A stretch of DNA of 64,000 nt. It comes from Eledone cirrhosa (Eukaryota). Shown here one piece after another: positions 25,554 through 39,100 of the stretch. Where the stretch lies: assembly GCA_964016885.1 (NCBI GenBank), contig OZ024742.1:81530001-81594000 (forward strand), given 5' to 3'. A model generated the notes under the pieces. It was not told where the DNA came from, did no database searches, and was given only the letters and a program-made list of their open reading frames with translations. Each line of letters starts with the position of its first letter. The first letter of the stretch is position 1. A program made the position numbers and the translations under genes.

Positions 25554-28013
25554 ATGCTAATCAAAGACCAACTCCCCATGTCAACCAAGAACATACCAAT
25601 ACCATCCAGGAATACATATGAGAAATTGCTGATCAACAGTGTAAATTCATTTATCAATAGAGTGAGATGGAGGACATTCCATTATGATAGAAACAGATCT
25701 AGCAACTTGAATAATACTAACAATTTTGACTCCTTCGGCTTTAAAACCTTTAAAAGCCCCCCTCATAACACTCTACTTAACTCCTTTGAAAATGACCTAG
25801 TTAAACTAGTTAAGAACATTAAATACAATAAGCACCATATTAGATGCAACACCTTCTTAAACAAACTTAACACTTCTATTAATGGATTCAAAACTAGTAA
25901 TAAAATTATTGTACACGCAGATAAAACTAATAACATATACAGCCTGGATTATAATACTTATAGAAAGTTTATATATAATGAACTACATAAAAGCTACAAA
26001 AAAACCACCTTGAAAAACTTAGAAGATATTAATGTAGAGGGTTATAATATAGTGTCTAAACTAGGACTGCAGAGGCATACACAACCTTTCACTCCGAACC
26101 CCCCTAGATTCTCTCTGAAGGACCATAAGGAGAACTTCATCAGCAACCCCACGACAAGACTTATCTGCCCTTCCAAGTCCGACATTGGTATTATCAGCAA
26201 GAAGATTTTGGATAAAATCATCCCACAAATTAAACACAAGATACACCTTAAACAATGGGGAAATACGGGTTAAGTGATTGAATGGTTCAAGGATATCAAG
26301 AATAATAAGAACAAAACATTTATTCAATTTGATATCAATTCATACTACACCTCTATTTCCCCTATCCTATTAAATAAGGCACTTATCATGGCCATGAGCA
26401 ATAGCGACCTGACTAGAGCCCAGGTTGATGTCATCCTTGCGGCCCGTAAAACCATAATCACCTTCGAGGACCAACTATGGACACGCAAGGATACGCACAA
26501 CAACTTCGACATAACCATGGGATCTAGTGACTCGGCGCAGGTCACTGATTTGGTGGGCCTATACCTCCTCAAAGAAATCCATAAGGACCACCCTTACCTC
26601 AACGGTGGTTTGTACCGCGATGATGCACTTCTACTTATAGAATATAAAAAAATTAATATAGAAAGAACTAGAAAACAATTGCATAAGACATTCAAAAACT
26701 TTAACCTTAGTATCACCATGGACAAAAACACTAAAAATGTTAACTTCCTAGACGCCACACTATACCTAGACTCAAAAATATATACACCTTTCCATAAGCC
26801 TAACGAGAAACTTATTTACGTAGATACCAAGTCAAATCACCCTAGATCAATATTAAACTCTATCTCTAAGAGGGTGTCCAATAGAATCTCTAGTCTGTCC
26901 TATGACGCAAACATATTTAGCAAAAACTCACAATATTACAATCAAGCATTAGCTAGCTCCAGCCATGATATAGAAATTGAGTTCCTACCTAAGAAAACAC
27001 ATAACTACAGCATCATCTCGCACAACATGTCCTTGAGGAAACCTAATAATAGGAATAGCAACCACAAGTGCACCAAAGCGGAGGGTGCCACCGGAAGTAA
27101 CCATTACCATGGAAACTACTGTGGGGCCTTAGGAGGAAGCAACACACCAAACACTAAAAGCAAAAATAGAAGAAGAAATAATACATTTTTCAACCCTCCT
27201 TTCAACCTAAATGTCTCCACCAACATACCTAGGGCTTTCTTCTCACTACTAGATAAAAACTTCCCTCTAGGACACAAGTACCACAACCTCTTAAACAAAA
27301 ACACCATTAAAATCTCATACTCTACGGCGCCTAACTTAGCATACCACATAGCTAGCAGCAATAATAGTAAAATTAGTTCCTACTTCCAACAAACAAAATC
27401 ACAACGGGATGCAAACCCTCTAAATACCACTGTAGCAAGCAACCATAGCAACGGCAGTAACAATAGAAATAACACTAGTATAAGTAATAACACCAGGGTT
27501 GTCAACCCGAACGCCCAAAATCATATAGCTACCACACAGACTTCCGCACTGCATTATAACCAGCGGACTAACGCACAGGATAATTGTAACAGTAGAGCTA
27601 ATAGAACCTGCCCTTTAGATAAAAAATGCCTAACCAAGGATATCATATACTCATGCACCGTCACGACTAACAACTCTTCAGAAACCTATGTAGGCTCCAC
27701 TTCTAACTGCTTCAAAATCAGATATAATTCGCACATCCACTCGTTCAAAAAGCACAGCCTAACAAACTCCACCTCACTTTCTAGCTACATACACTATCTA
27801 AAATCTAAAAATAAACCATACACACTCAAAGGGGAAGTGATAGGCAGCGCGACCTCGTACAAACCACCTAATAAATGTTCTAACCTCTGTATACTAGAGA
27901 CACACAATATTATCTTCTCCAACCGTAACCTACTTAACAAAAAATCTGAGGTGTTTGCAACTTGCCAGCACCGCTTCAGACATTCCTTCCAAAACTTTAA
28001 GCCCAATATATAG
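25554..28013 (+). pseudogene. PLE polyprotein (RT + GIY-YIG) with one in-frame TAA at 26271-26273
   Basis: KNIPIP, ADKT, LKDHK, FDINSYY, TMGS, LYRDD, NFLD, SNHP, CPL..CL..DIIY...YVGST, LC.LE, CQH; the two ORFs are contiguous in frame. Confidence 0.88.
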
Positions 28014-28351
28014 CAATGTCGGACTGGAACCTAACACCACATCTAGCATCAAACACCAGAGACACACCTTATACTACATACCCAACACTAACTGATCTAT
28101 TATAACACAAACAACGACATCCCTCTGGAACCCTTCGCAGGGAGAATACCCATTTATACCTCTACGTCAGGTGTGACAACAACCACCCACTTGAACGGCA
28201 CTACACCGCTCTAAGGGTAATTTGAGCATGAATTGATCGGTTGGATAGTGTTGTGCAGAGGAAACACCTTCCTTAGACAGATGAAAAATGTTTTAATCTA
28301 GTAACGCTGTTGACCAGTAGGACCGGGCTGCTGAGCGCAGTGAGTGAATGC

Positions 28352-29331
28352 ATTGCAACAGCCGTGCGGGTTGTACATATATGGATGATCTGACGGTCAG
28401 AGAGGGGTCGCGACGACTGCGGATTGACCTCTGGCCGGCCTGGGGATGACTATCTCTCGACATCCAATGTAGCAAGCGATGACCCAGATCTTACCAGAGA
28501 TCATTGGGTCCTGAAGCAATCCTGCAATCACCGCGCCTCGTCCTATGAGTAGACTACGACCACAGAGATCATTATTTAGAATCCTCGCTCATCATCTATA
28601 ATTTCCATTTGTGGCACCTTACGATGGGTTAATCCACCATAATAATATGATCACCTTCAGCATAACTTAATTAATCTACTCTATAGTTAATACACTTTAT
28701 GCTTTAAAAATTTCTCTTGGAGGATGCGCATCACCATAGAAATTAGGGTCTATATTGGGACACATTTTAATAGCTAGGTATAGAAACCCCAGAGTTACCT
28801 CCCCGCATGCATTAACTCCCCTTAGCCACACACACACTTCCGGGCGGTATTCAATGGCGTTTCTCGAAACGTAACAGCCTCCTGTATTGAACTAAAGAAC
28901 ACCAGACTACGATCTCTAACTGGATTGTCGTGGATTATGTGAAGGGCATATAATCGAAAAATACACTCCCCTGACCATGAAAATGCCGAAGTTCATGAAA
29001 TACTTGACTTCCCTGCGCTGTGCATCTCCAATACTTTTAACACTTTTAATGCTTGCACTATTTTTAATGCTTATAATATTTCTCCACACACAGAATATAT
29101 CAATCATATAAAAATTTGCCACCAGATCTACCAACCTAACACTCTTGTTTACCTACCTAAGTGCCTCTACCACACATATCTCTCTGCCACACTATATAAA
29201 TAAGACGCACATGCGTGCCACACATATAACATTTGCACTATATAACCGCTTATCTTCATGTTGTATTTTAACCTGTATTTTGATTTTTGATTGTACCTCT
29301 TAATATAAATGTAATCTCGAAGTGTGTACTG
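28352..29331 (+). repeat. Downstream direct repeat (pLTR), truncated before the hammerhead
   Basis: Matches 24154-25134 and then switches abruptly to transposase sequence. Confidence 0.95.
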
Positions 29332-31482
29332 TACAACAGCACAGGCATTTTGATATGACGCATGTGATGACCAAGTTGCAGGTGACAGCTCAAGTCAAGT
29401 ATCGTCGAGACCAAGGAGATCGAACAGAAGCCTTGATTTTTCCCAACTAGATGAGGCAGCTTCGTGGACGACTTTAACTCGGGATGTACTGTAGCACCAC
29501 GGTCGAGAGGCCCAGACGTTTTCTTGTTGATAAGACGTTGGGTTATTTGTTTCTTCTCGGACTGTTGGACCCGACTTGAAAACAGCGCTAGCGGAATAGC
29601 TTCCTCCGTCAGGTACCAAAGATGCCTGGTCATAGCAGTAGTGGCTGCCTGCGAGAGATCTCTCTCAACCTACTGTACTGTGTCAAGTCGACGTAGAATT
29701 GAAGGTCATTGGACGGTGAATCAGCACACTTGACTGCTGTCAGCGAGTATCGCACGTAGAACAGAGCATTGGACATACAGATCCGGCGCAACTTTTCCAT
29801 TTTCGCTTGATCTTAATTGAGTCGCTCACCAAATGCATACATCCTTGTACTATAGATGATTGTGGACATCCACCGAGCGTTATAGTGTGCACCAGGCAGC
29901 ATCCAATGAATTCCACGAGGAAGGGTGACACCAGGCAAGATCAACATCAACTCGGCACATTCTCGGTAGTTGTCCTGTGGAAGAGAACTCATTTTCCCAT
30001 CGTCGGATGTCAGCAAATCTTGGAGGAACTTGATGTTCTCGGAACACAGACGCTTGAGTCTCCGGTCGACAATGTTCAATGTTTTAAAGTTGGTCTTGTC
30101 CGTGAGTGACACACAATCTTTTTTGAACTCCTTGAAATCTGGAGTGTCTGGACCGGACATTACTCCGAATAGTTGTTGCCACACTGCACACAAGACACGC
30201 TCCATGACATGGTGCCGAGAAGCAAAATAAAACAGCTTTTTGTTGAGCATCTCTTCAAGCTTCACGCAGGCACCGTTTTTTCATCCGGAATTCGAAGCAG
30301 TTGTGTCGAAGACCAAGCCCACCACAGATCCAACAACATTCCAATATTTAACAAGATCAAATGATGTTTTGGCTTGGATGGTTCCAGTGCCATCAAGAAA
30401 TATGGGAACACCGAGGAGTTTACCTCCTCTGAAGTCCGGAGTTCCAGCAACTGGCACACCTAGCCTCCTGTGCTCACCAGGAATTATTTTGCCATCCCAA
30501 TGCAAGGTAACAAAGTCAGGTACAGCAAATTGTTCCTTTATGTGTTCAGCTCCCACAGTTCTGGTATTCTTAGCTGCACGTCTGCTACTATTCTTGGAGA
30601 GAGTTGTGGCGTCTATGTCAGTCCCACCCTCAGAAATAATCGATGGCATAAATGCTGTTCTCTGGCCCAGTGTCAGGTTTAAACGATCAGCCATTAGAGA
30701 CATTTTTGGACTTTGAAATGGATTCTTTGGGAGTTCCAGCTGGAGTTTTCGTTTATTGTCTGACTTTGAGCAGTCTCTGGGTTTGTCTGAGGCCTGAAAT
30801 TCAGGATCCTGTTCATCTTCAGTTTCATCATTGGTTGAAATTGAATCACTCAGTTCATTACTTGGAAGTTGTGCTGTTACAGATCCTGACAAAAGCTTTC
30901 CATGGTTCTCTTACTCTCGCCGAGCCACAGAAATCTGATCACTCTTCAACTTTGAAGATACCATTTTCTGGTAACCCTTATCTTCAGAACCCAGAGTTTT
31001 TTTTTTCTGGCAACGCAAGACTTCGAGAACTGTAGCATTTTCCATTTTCTATTCATTATTACGAAGACGGTCTTTCAAAATTTTCTTTTCAGCATCAGTA
31101 TGTGCAATGTAGAAATACGAATCCAATTCATAAATAAATAGTGCTTCCTTTTCTTTGTTTGACTTAGAACCTTTGTTTTTTTGTAAATTTCTCTATTCAT
31201 AGAACATCCTCTTTTGTTGATATTATGTTTGGTGAACAGGATGTAATATATTGCCCCATGAGCCATATTTCTCGATCATCACAACGGAGCGAGTATCTAC
31301 AACTAGGCCCATTGGTTTCCCCCATTATTCTGCCAATTTGTAACTATTAGGCAAGGCTTCAATTAGTCAGACATAATCTAAATTACATTATAAATTGATA
31401 ATATACAAACAGGCAGGAGAATATGCATAGGGAGCTTAGGAAAAAAAAACAGTTTTGTGTAAAATGTGGGATTCTGGAACAC

Positions 31483-31487
<5 letters not shown>
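29332..31487 (-). mobile_element. hAT-superfamily (hATm-like) DNA transposon relic, 3' end missing
   Basis: Fragments LHWDGK, LLGVP...GTG, VFDTTASNSG*KNGAC, (C/S)RHHVME, PGAHYNARWM, RHLWYLTEE; candidate terminus TAAGGGTGTTCC at 31487; subfamily name is from memory. Confidence 0.75.
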
Positions 31488-31517
<30 letters not shown>

Positions 31518-31520
<3 letters not shown>

Positions 31521-33043
31521 CTCCTAGTTAAGAACCTAAATAACCAGAGCATAGAAAGACTCCGTAAGAATATTAGAAAGACTCTCGGAAAACTAGGCCT
31601 TAGCATAACGTATGAGTATAGCATTAAAACAGTTAACTTTCTAAACGTGACTATTAACCTAAATACGGGACTATAAGACCTTTTCACAAGATTAATGAAA
31701 ACTTAGCATACATCAACTGTAACTCAAACCACCCACTATGCATAATTAAATCCATTCCACGCAGCATATCCCTTAGGATCTCCCGCCTCTCGTCTAACCG
31801 ACAAATCTTCGAAGAACATGCAGAATACTACAATACCGCATTAGACAAGGCAGGCCACTTAGATAGAGTAGAATATATAGATGAAAGCCTCCGTGAAGCG
31901 CACACGAACACGCATAACACAAACTCCGGAAACACACGCACACACGCACTTACGCATAGAACTGCAAAGTATACGGCAAATAGAAATACAACATCGAAAT
32001 CAAACAAGTCACGCAGTAGAAAATATATTTGGTATAACCCCATATTTAACACCTCTATTAGTACTAACATACCCTCTACCTTCTTTAGAATAATAAATAA
32101 GCACTTTCCAGATTCACATAGATACAGCAAAATCGTTAACACTAAATCTATTAGACTATCCTACTCCACAGCACCAAATATAGAGGCACACATTAAGATG
32201 CTTAACGCTAAAAAGATACATAACAACACCAACACACAAATTTACAACAATAACAATACAATCACCATTGAACACAATAGAATATCTAATACACAACCAC
32301 CCGCTAATAGGCAAACAAAACGTAACATACTTATACAGGCAACGCAGCCCATAAATAATGCCAAAGTTACCTATGACAAGAACTGTGACAGCCACCTACC
32401 TGAAACCTGTCCATTACATAATGAATGTATGCAGTCTAATCTGGTTTACCAATGCACAGTGGAATCAGCCAACCAGAAATGTTATTACATTGGAGCGACT
32501 GGGAATACATTTAAATCCCGTTGGTATACACACCGTTACGCAATGAAACATTCCCTGCACCGTTATGTAACTATCCTTGCAAACAGGACCTGGCAACTGA
32601 GGGAAAGAAACCATCAATACACCCTGAAGTGGAAAAAATTATCGAACCCGCCCCCATATCGGAGTGGTATGAGAAGCTGTCGATTATGCGACCTTGAGCT
32701 GTTCCACATCTTAAGTTCGAAGAATAAGTTACTCAACAATAAAATCGAAAGATCAATTTATTGTAACCATAGACTCAATGAGAAGTGTTCGCACTACAAA
32801 TCGAACCCTTAAGCTCTTACTACCAACTGACAAACTGCATATACTTTGACTTTATACCCTCTTGTTGTATCTAAACCATTTTAATTACCGACAAAACCAA
32901 TACATATATCCCCCTCTTCTCTCTCATTCCTATTCTATTTCTTCGCTTTCTTCCTTCCTTCCCTCCCCTTCTTGGCCATCTTTTCTTTTCTCTTTCTCAC
33001 CCCCTTCTTTGATTTTATTTTTGTCATTATTATATTTATCTTT

Positions 33044-33074
<31 letters not shown>

Positions 33075-33545
33075 TTATCACTTTATATCTCCCCCCCCCC
33101 TCTCTCACCCTCTCCATCCATCTCTCCCACTATGATCAATTTAATTCTCTTTAACTGACTACATTCCACGACATGAAGTCTGCTATCAAAACTGACCAAG
33201 GAATCCTTCCCCCTCTACCTCTCCCACCATCTCAGTTTGTCATACTACTTCCTACCTCTTCCTCCTTCCTCTCTCTCTATACTATTCCGTTTGTCCCCTC
33301 ACCTTCTGAATCCTTTCTCTCGATACTAGTAAATACAATTCCAAATAAATATTTTTCTCTATATATTAAGAATTATTTCAAGAGTAACATACTATTTTGA
33401 AAATTTGGACTGTGAACAACAATTATAATTGAGTGGCTGCTATTTGCAGTATAGCAATATAAGGTCGCACTTACCAATGAAACGGTCGTAAATACCTGGA
33501 TAAAAATCCTTCTCTTAATGCTTACCTGTGTTTTCTCTTTTATAC
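31518..33545 (+). mobile_element. 5'-truncated Penelope-like element (RT thumb + GIY-YIG, ORF end 32812) with 3' UTR, between (TA)n tracts
   Basis: VNFLNVT..RPFHK..SNHP..RISRLSS; CPLHNECMQSNLVYQC...YYIGATGNTFKSRW...CRLCDLE; homologous to but distinct from the 25554-28013 ORF. Confidence 0.82.
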
Positions 33546-33570
33546 TATATATATATATATATAAGGATGT

Positions 33571-33636
<66 letters not shown>

Positions 33637-33675
33637 ATATTAACAAATGGAAACCATATTTATAAAAACATATTT

Positions 33676-33739
33676 ATTTCATTATACGTATTTCAAGGGC
33701 CACCAGAGAAAACTATGGTGCGCTTTCATCAGATAAAAT
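33676..33739 (-). ncRNA. Minimal type I hammerhead ribozyme (left arm)
   Basis: ATTTTAT-CTGATGA-AAGCGCACCA..TGGTGGCCCTT-GAAA-T-ACGT-A-TA-ATGAAAT. Confidence 0.65.
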
Positions 33740-33886
33740 ATAATATAGGTTAGTTTTATAAATAAATATTGACATACCCTTAAAAAATGCAACCATTCTG
33801 GTTGGAATATCCAGGAGATTCCAACCAGAATGGTTGCAATATTTAAGAGCATGTCAATATGTATTCATAAAACTAACCTATATTAT

Positions 33887-33950
33887 ATTTTATCTGATGA
33901 AAGCACACCATAGTTTGCTCTGGTGGCCCTTGAAATATGTATTATGAAAT
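33887..33950 (+). ncRNA. Minimal type I hammerhead ribozyme (right arm)
   Basis: ATTTTAT-CTGATGA-AAGCACACCA..TGGTGGCCCTT-GAAA-T-ATGT-A-TT-ATGAAAT. Confidence 0.6.
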
Positions 33951-34025
33951 AAATATGGTTTTATAAATATCGTTTCTATTTGTTAATATATTGTATATTT
34001 ACTCCAATAATTTCTTGAGTGATTT

Positions 34026-34160
34026 ATATCAGTTATACAAATATTTGCTTGTTGTATCCTAACAATTTAAATAGAACTTCTACATATATATATATATATA
34101 TGTAGAAGTTCTATTTACATTGTTGGGATACAACAAGCAAATATTTTTTATAACTGATAT
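34026..34160. repeat. Palindrome with ~57-bp arms centred on (TA)n
   Basis: ATATCAGTTATA...TAGAACTTCTACA (TA)n TGTAGAAGTTCTA...TATAACTGATAT. Confidence 0.9.
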
Positions 34161-34318
34161 ATATATATAAGAATTAAAATACTAGAGGGTGTTGGAGTTA
34201 AACACCCTCTTCATATTATAGAAATGACAGTATAATATATAGCTCAATGTAATTAAACAGAGACAAAGAATTATAAAAAATAAACCAAAGAAGCCTTCAA
34301 TACATCAAAAGTCTTTAT

Positions 34319-34360
34319 TAGCCAACAATGTTTCATCCTATTAACGACTCATCAGGGTAA
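34319..34360 (-). ncRNA. Hammerhead ribozyme, degraded copy (left arm)
   Basis: TTACC-CTGATGA-GTCGTTAATAGGAT-GAAAC-ATT-GTT-GGCTAA. Confidence 0.6.
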
Positions 34361-34780
34361 GTAAAGCTACAAGAAGCACTATCGGCCAATACAAGCCAAA
34401 AACTCAGAAGAATATGGAGTATACATCTATTAAAGCTTAGGAAAGATATCAAGGAAAAGTTGGCTAAGATTAAGAGTGAGCAGTTACAAACATAGATATA
34501 GACCAAATAGCATGGAAGTGATTAACATGTTGGACCCACATTGCAAATATTGTATAATGCAAAAACTTGAAACACAAATGGTAATTTAATGCGAGAATTA
34601 CAGTACGATATATAATATAATATAATATAATAGATGGTGATAATAAAGAGCTTAATATATGTATATATATATATATCTATACATATACACATTAGTACAA
34701 ACACAAATTAACACTTATTAACTATTTAAATATATATATTTTTGGATTGTATTGGCCGATAGTGCTTCTTGTAGCTTTAC

Positions 34781-34822
34781 TTGCACTGATGAGTCCTTAA
34801 TAGGACGAAACATTGTTGGCAA
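34781..34822 (+). ncRNA. Minimal type I hammerhead ribozyme (right arm)
   Basis: TTGCA-CTGATGA-GTCCT-TAAT-AGGAC-GAAAC-ATT-GTT-GGCAA: canonical core and perfect stem II. Confidence 0.8.
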
Positions 34823-35155
34823 ATAAAGACTTTTGATGTATTGAAGGTTTCTTTGGTTTATTTTTTATAATTATATATACATATATATATATATATATAT
34901 ACATATTTAAGTATATAAATATATATATATATGCATGTATACATATATACATATATATATATGCATATAGATGTATATATATATATATGTAAATATATAT
35001 ATATATATATATACGCACAACATTATGCATATACACACACACACATACACACACACGCATACACATACACACACACATATATATATATATATGTAAGTAT
35101 ATATATATAGAGAGAGAGATATCTAAATATGTATAACTATGTATGTGTATATACC

Positions 35156-35214
<59 letters not shown>

Positions 35215-36170
35215 TTACATACATACATATATATGAGAAATGTAAATATGTTTCAATATTATTCTAAGTTGATCAAATTACATGCAAATAAGAAAGTTAA
35301 TTAAGATCATTGAACTAATATATCCGGTGGCTGGTATATTTTATTATTTAAATTTGTACGTAAAACCAACTGAAGTGTATGACAGCATTCCAGTTTCTGA
35401 CGTTAAACCTATAATCACTTTATGCTAAACAATGATTGCAATATTACAATTTCGCGTAGGTAAATGACGTGGCCTATGATACCAATTGGGATATACGACT
35501 ATACATTATTCGTATCAATGAATAATGATACGCTTGGCGTAAGGATATGAACAATCTCGGTTGACACTTTGTAATTAGAAAATTGTTACCGTTGAATTTC
35601 GTAAATGAGATACAGATATATTTCCATTAACCGGAAATTGAACTAATCAGAATTGTAAACCTGAAGACAACAGCACCAGCTTTTATGAATTCAACCATTT
35701 TATATAATAATTACATATAGTGGAAACTATTTACACCTGGACAAGTAGGTATTTTGATGAACATAAAGAGGTCAGCTGTTTACTGATATTTATTAATTTA
35801 TTTCCTTTATGATCGTGCTATATAGTCACCTAAAAATGAATTGATGAGTCCAAATTACATCTATGTTGTAACGAATAAATCTTTGGGATCCACGCTCCAT
35901 AAATTAGATAATTGGTGCAATAATTAGAGTGCTACAGACGAGACTATGTTACTACTTTACATTATAATAATATAAATATTGCCACTTCTGTGTGACACAA
36001 AATAGCATTTCTATATGTATAAACATAGACAAGTTTCTTCGAAAAAGAGCCCAACTCCACCACATTTCAAAATATAGCAGTGCGATTTATCGAGCAACTG
36101 AAGAATTACCGGTAGTGTAATCATCATCATCATATCTTCTTCTTCTTCTTCTTCTTCGTTATTATTATTA

Positions 36171-39100
36171 ATGGCCGCACATGTGTGAAGACAGTACAAA
36201 TCTGCGAGGGAAAATGTTCGTAAATTTAAGCTGTTTTAAAGTGTAATTTTTTGTATTTTCTTGTCGTTAACGAAACTTAAGGTACACATCTTAATTTAAA
36301 GAGAGGGATACCTCTCAATATTCGGGCTTTAAGCCCGAATATTCAGATTTATTTTTAAAAACTTCGCAAAAACAAAGTGCTTATTGAATATTGATATTGA
36401 TATTAGCGATAAAGACGAACAGTTGGCCGAAGCGTGGAGGCTAAATAAACGGAAGAAGTCCTGGGCAAACCTAACCATCCCGGACGAGGCAATAGCGGCC
36501 ATGCAAAGGAGGACGTTGTTCTCTCGATGTATTTCGGTGCAGACACGAAAAGTGGAACTTGCGAGCCAAGCAGAGGTAGAGACTGCTTTGGAGTACATCG
36601 GAAGTAACATAGAGTACAAAGCAAGAGGCAAACAGTTCGGTACCATCTCGGTACTGTTCAAAACCAACGCCCTGGCTATTAAGCACTCGGTGACCCCCTG
36701 TAGAACGGAACGCATTATCATGCCTCCGTCCTATATGGGAAAAGGACAGTGAAGGTACGCATTCCCAGCATCCCACCAGAAATGAACATATGTGGCTGCT
36801 GGGATGCGTAATCGAGGAGGGGACAGACACTAAAGGAGGGGACAGACATCAAAAGGACAGAGAGAGAGGACTGGTCCGGAATGGATTTGGAGATTCTTCT
36901 CCAAATGAAACCGGAGGATATGAATAACATCCCGGATTTTGCCCGCCTGCAGGACGGGACAACAATCCAACTAATGATTGACGGAAGAAGGCCACGCTGC
37001 TTCGTCTGCGGTGAAGCAACGCATCTTCAAGCCTTCTGCCCTCAGCGCAAAAATGCAAGGGTTCGCAAACCTCCTTTCTTTCCAACGCCAGTGTCAGCAC
37101 GGAAAGCTGCTCCACCACCACCAAAAACAACATCAACAAAAACACGGACACCAACATCAAAAGCAGCCGGATCACCACCAACACCAAAACCAATCCAAGG
37201 AGAAAACGAGAAAATCTCTCCCACTCCCCCCTCCCCAATTATACACATAGACAAGACAATAAACGCACACACAGACACAGAGACACTCACAGACACAGGC
37301 CCTTTGTCTTCCAGCAGCGAAGATGAAGGAAAACCCAAAAGTGCAAAAAAACAGAGAAAACTCACAAAAAAAATAGTCCCAACAAAACACAAAATCACAC
37401 ACAACAAAACATGAAGACACCACTAACGCAAACACTTCCCCAATAACATCATCACCAACAGCAGCATCGACACCACCTCCACAATCCCCGAAACGCAGAC
37501 AACCTAAACAAACACAAGTACAAATAAACACACAAATACCTGAAATTGCAGACACCACACCTACAACAAACATAGACATACCCGAAACAACACCACCAAA
37601 ACCATCGCCACCACCTTCACCAAAACGAAAACAAATAAAACCACACCAACAAAATGTTAAAAACTTCGTGCTTGTCAGAAGGGCCAACGATAAACTGATG
37701 GCCCTCTTAGCGCGAAGCGAGGACATTCAAACAGAGGGGGAGATTTTTGAAATGAGCACATTTTGCGTGCCAGAAGATTTACTTCTGGTCCGAATGTCAA
37801 TTAATTCCTTCAAATAAATTCGAGAGAGCTTTCCTCAAGACGTGGAAAGCCCGAATGTGAAACCCACATCAAGACTTTTAAAGGGGTTCCCAAAAGAAAC
37901 CCCACCAACCATGGAGATCGAACCACCCGACCTTCACAAGACCCCGGGAGGTAAGTAAACCTTACCTCTCTCTCTTAGCTTACCAATATGGCCATATTAA
38001 GAGTAGAAAGTTTAAATGTTAGCGGCCTGGGGTCACAATGGAAGCAGGGTCGCCTGCTCAACGACCTCAGATCGCTGGAAATGGATGTGATTGGCGTCAG
38101 CGAGACCAGAATTTCCGACACGCGCGGACTAGCCCACATTTTCGACGACTATCAGATCTTCGCGTCTGTTAGCAGACCGGGGAATCAGGGGTGGGGTGGC
38201 GGTTGTTTAGGAAAGGACTGGCTCTCGAGGTAAGGTCGATCTTCCGGGTCCCGGACGGTAAGTTGGTGGTCTTGGATGTGAGCAGTAGCGAAGGTGGTGC
38301 CTTTAGACTGCTGGCCGTCTACGCCGCTACAGGGGCCGGACGACCAGACTTCTTTAGGCGCCTTGAGACCTTTCTAGGTACGTCTCGCCCTTTACTGTTA
38401 GCGGGGGACTGGAATGGCATCTTAGAAGCACGCTGGGATTGTGTGGGAGTAGCCGATAGGAGCGGGGGGTGCAAAAGCCTCAAGCACCTACTCAGCCAGT
38501 TCCAACTGTCTGACAGGTATCGAATAGATTTCCCCAATGTGCCAGTATGGACATGGACCAACCGAATGGGGTCATCTAGATCGTATATAGACAGGATCTT
38601 CAGTAGGAAAATAGATAGAAATAGTGTGGGCTGACCACTTTTTGAAACGGTCGCCTATTCAGATCACAAATTTGTGATCTGTACGGTCGACCTAGATAAA
38701 ACACGTAGGTTAGGATCGGTTTACTGGAAGCTGAACATGTCATTTCCGGCACGTAAGGATTACAGGGACCGAGTCAACAATTTAGTTAAGCAAAAGCTAT
38801 CAGGGGGATCATCAACAACAGATGGTAGGGGGCTCTCAAAAGAGAGATTAGGGTAACTCCGATAGAGTTCAGCAAAGAACTAGCGTTAGAGAGAAATAGA
38901 AAAATAGATAAGTTAGATGAGGCTATTTGTAGTGGCATTGCAACTGACGTGCTAGCGGCGAGAATGGCATTAGACCATTTCTTCAATGCCAAACACGAAG
39001 GTTGCATTGTCAGAGCTAAGGCGCGTGCGCTGAGAAACGAGGGAACCAAAGGTGTTCGATGGACCCACGTGGCGGGCGCGCAGCGTGGGAATAAACCACA

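Larger units (their letters stand above)
24154..29331 (+). mobile_element. Penelope-like element (Naiad-like by recollection of motifs) with ~980-bp direct repeats (pLTRs)
   Basis: RT + C-terminal GIY-YIG ORF between direct repeats 24154-25134 and 28352-29331; hammerhead motif upstream of the ORF; starts at (TA)n. Confidence 0.88.
33631..33995. repeat. ~365-bp near-perfect palindrome (centre ~33813)
   Basis: Arms are reverse complements with scattered mismatches and almost no spacer. Confidence 0.95.
34269..34872. repeat. Fold-back element with ~130-bp inverted arms, each carrying a hammerhead
   Basis: 34269-34400 is the reverse complement of 34740-34872. Confidence 0.92.

Noticed and set aside
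24154-29331. LTR retrotransposon interpretation of the direct repeats
   Set aside because: No TG..CA ends, gag, protease or integrase; RT + GIY-YIG and hammerhead indicate a Penelope-like element
33440-33500. Hammerhead at the end of the 31.5-33.5 kb PLE (GAAACGGTCGTA)
   Set aside because: No CTGANGA box or stem II found upstream
35230-36120. Possible decayed host exon in unique sequence
   Set aside because: Frames checked contain multiple stops and no family was recognisable; needs TBLASTX
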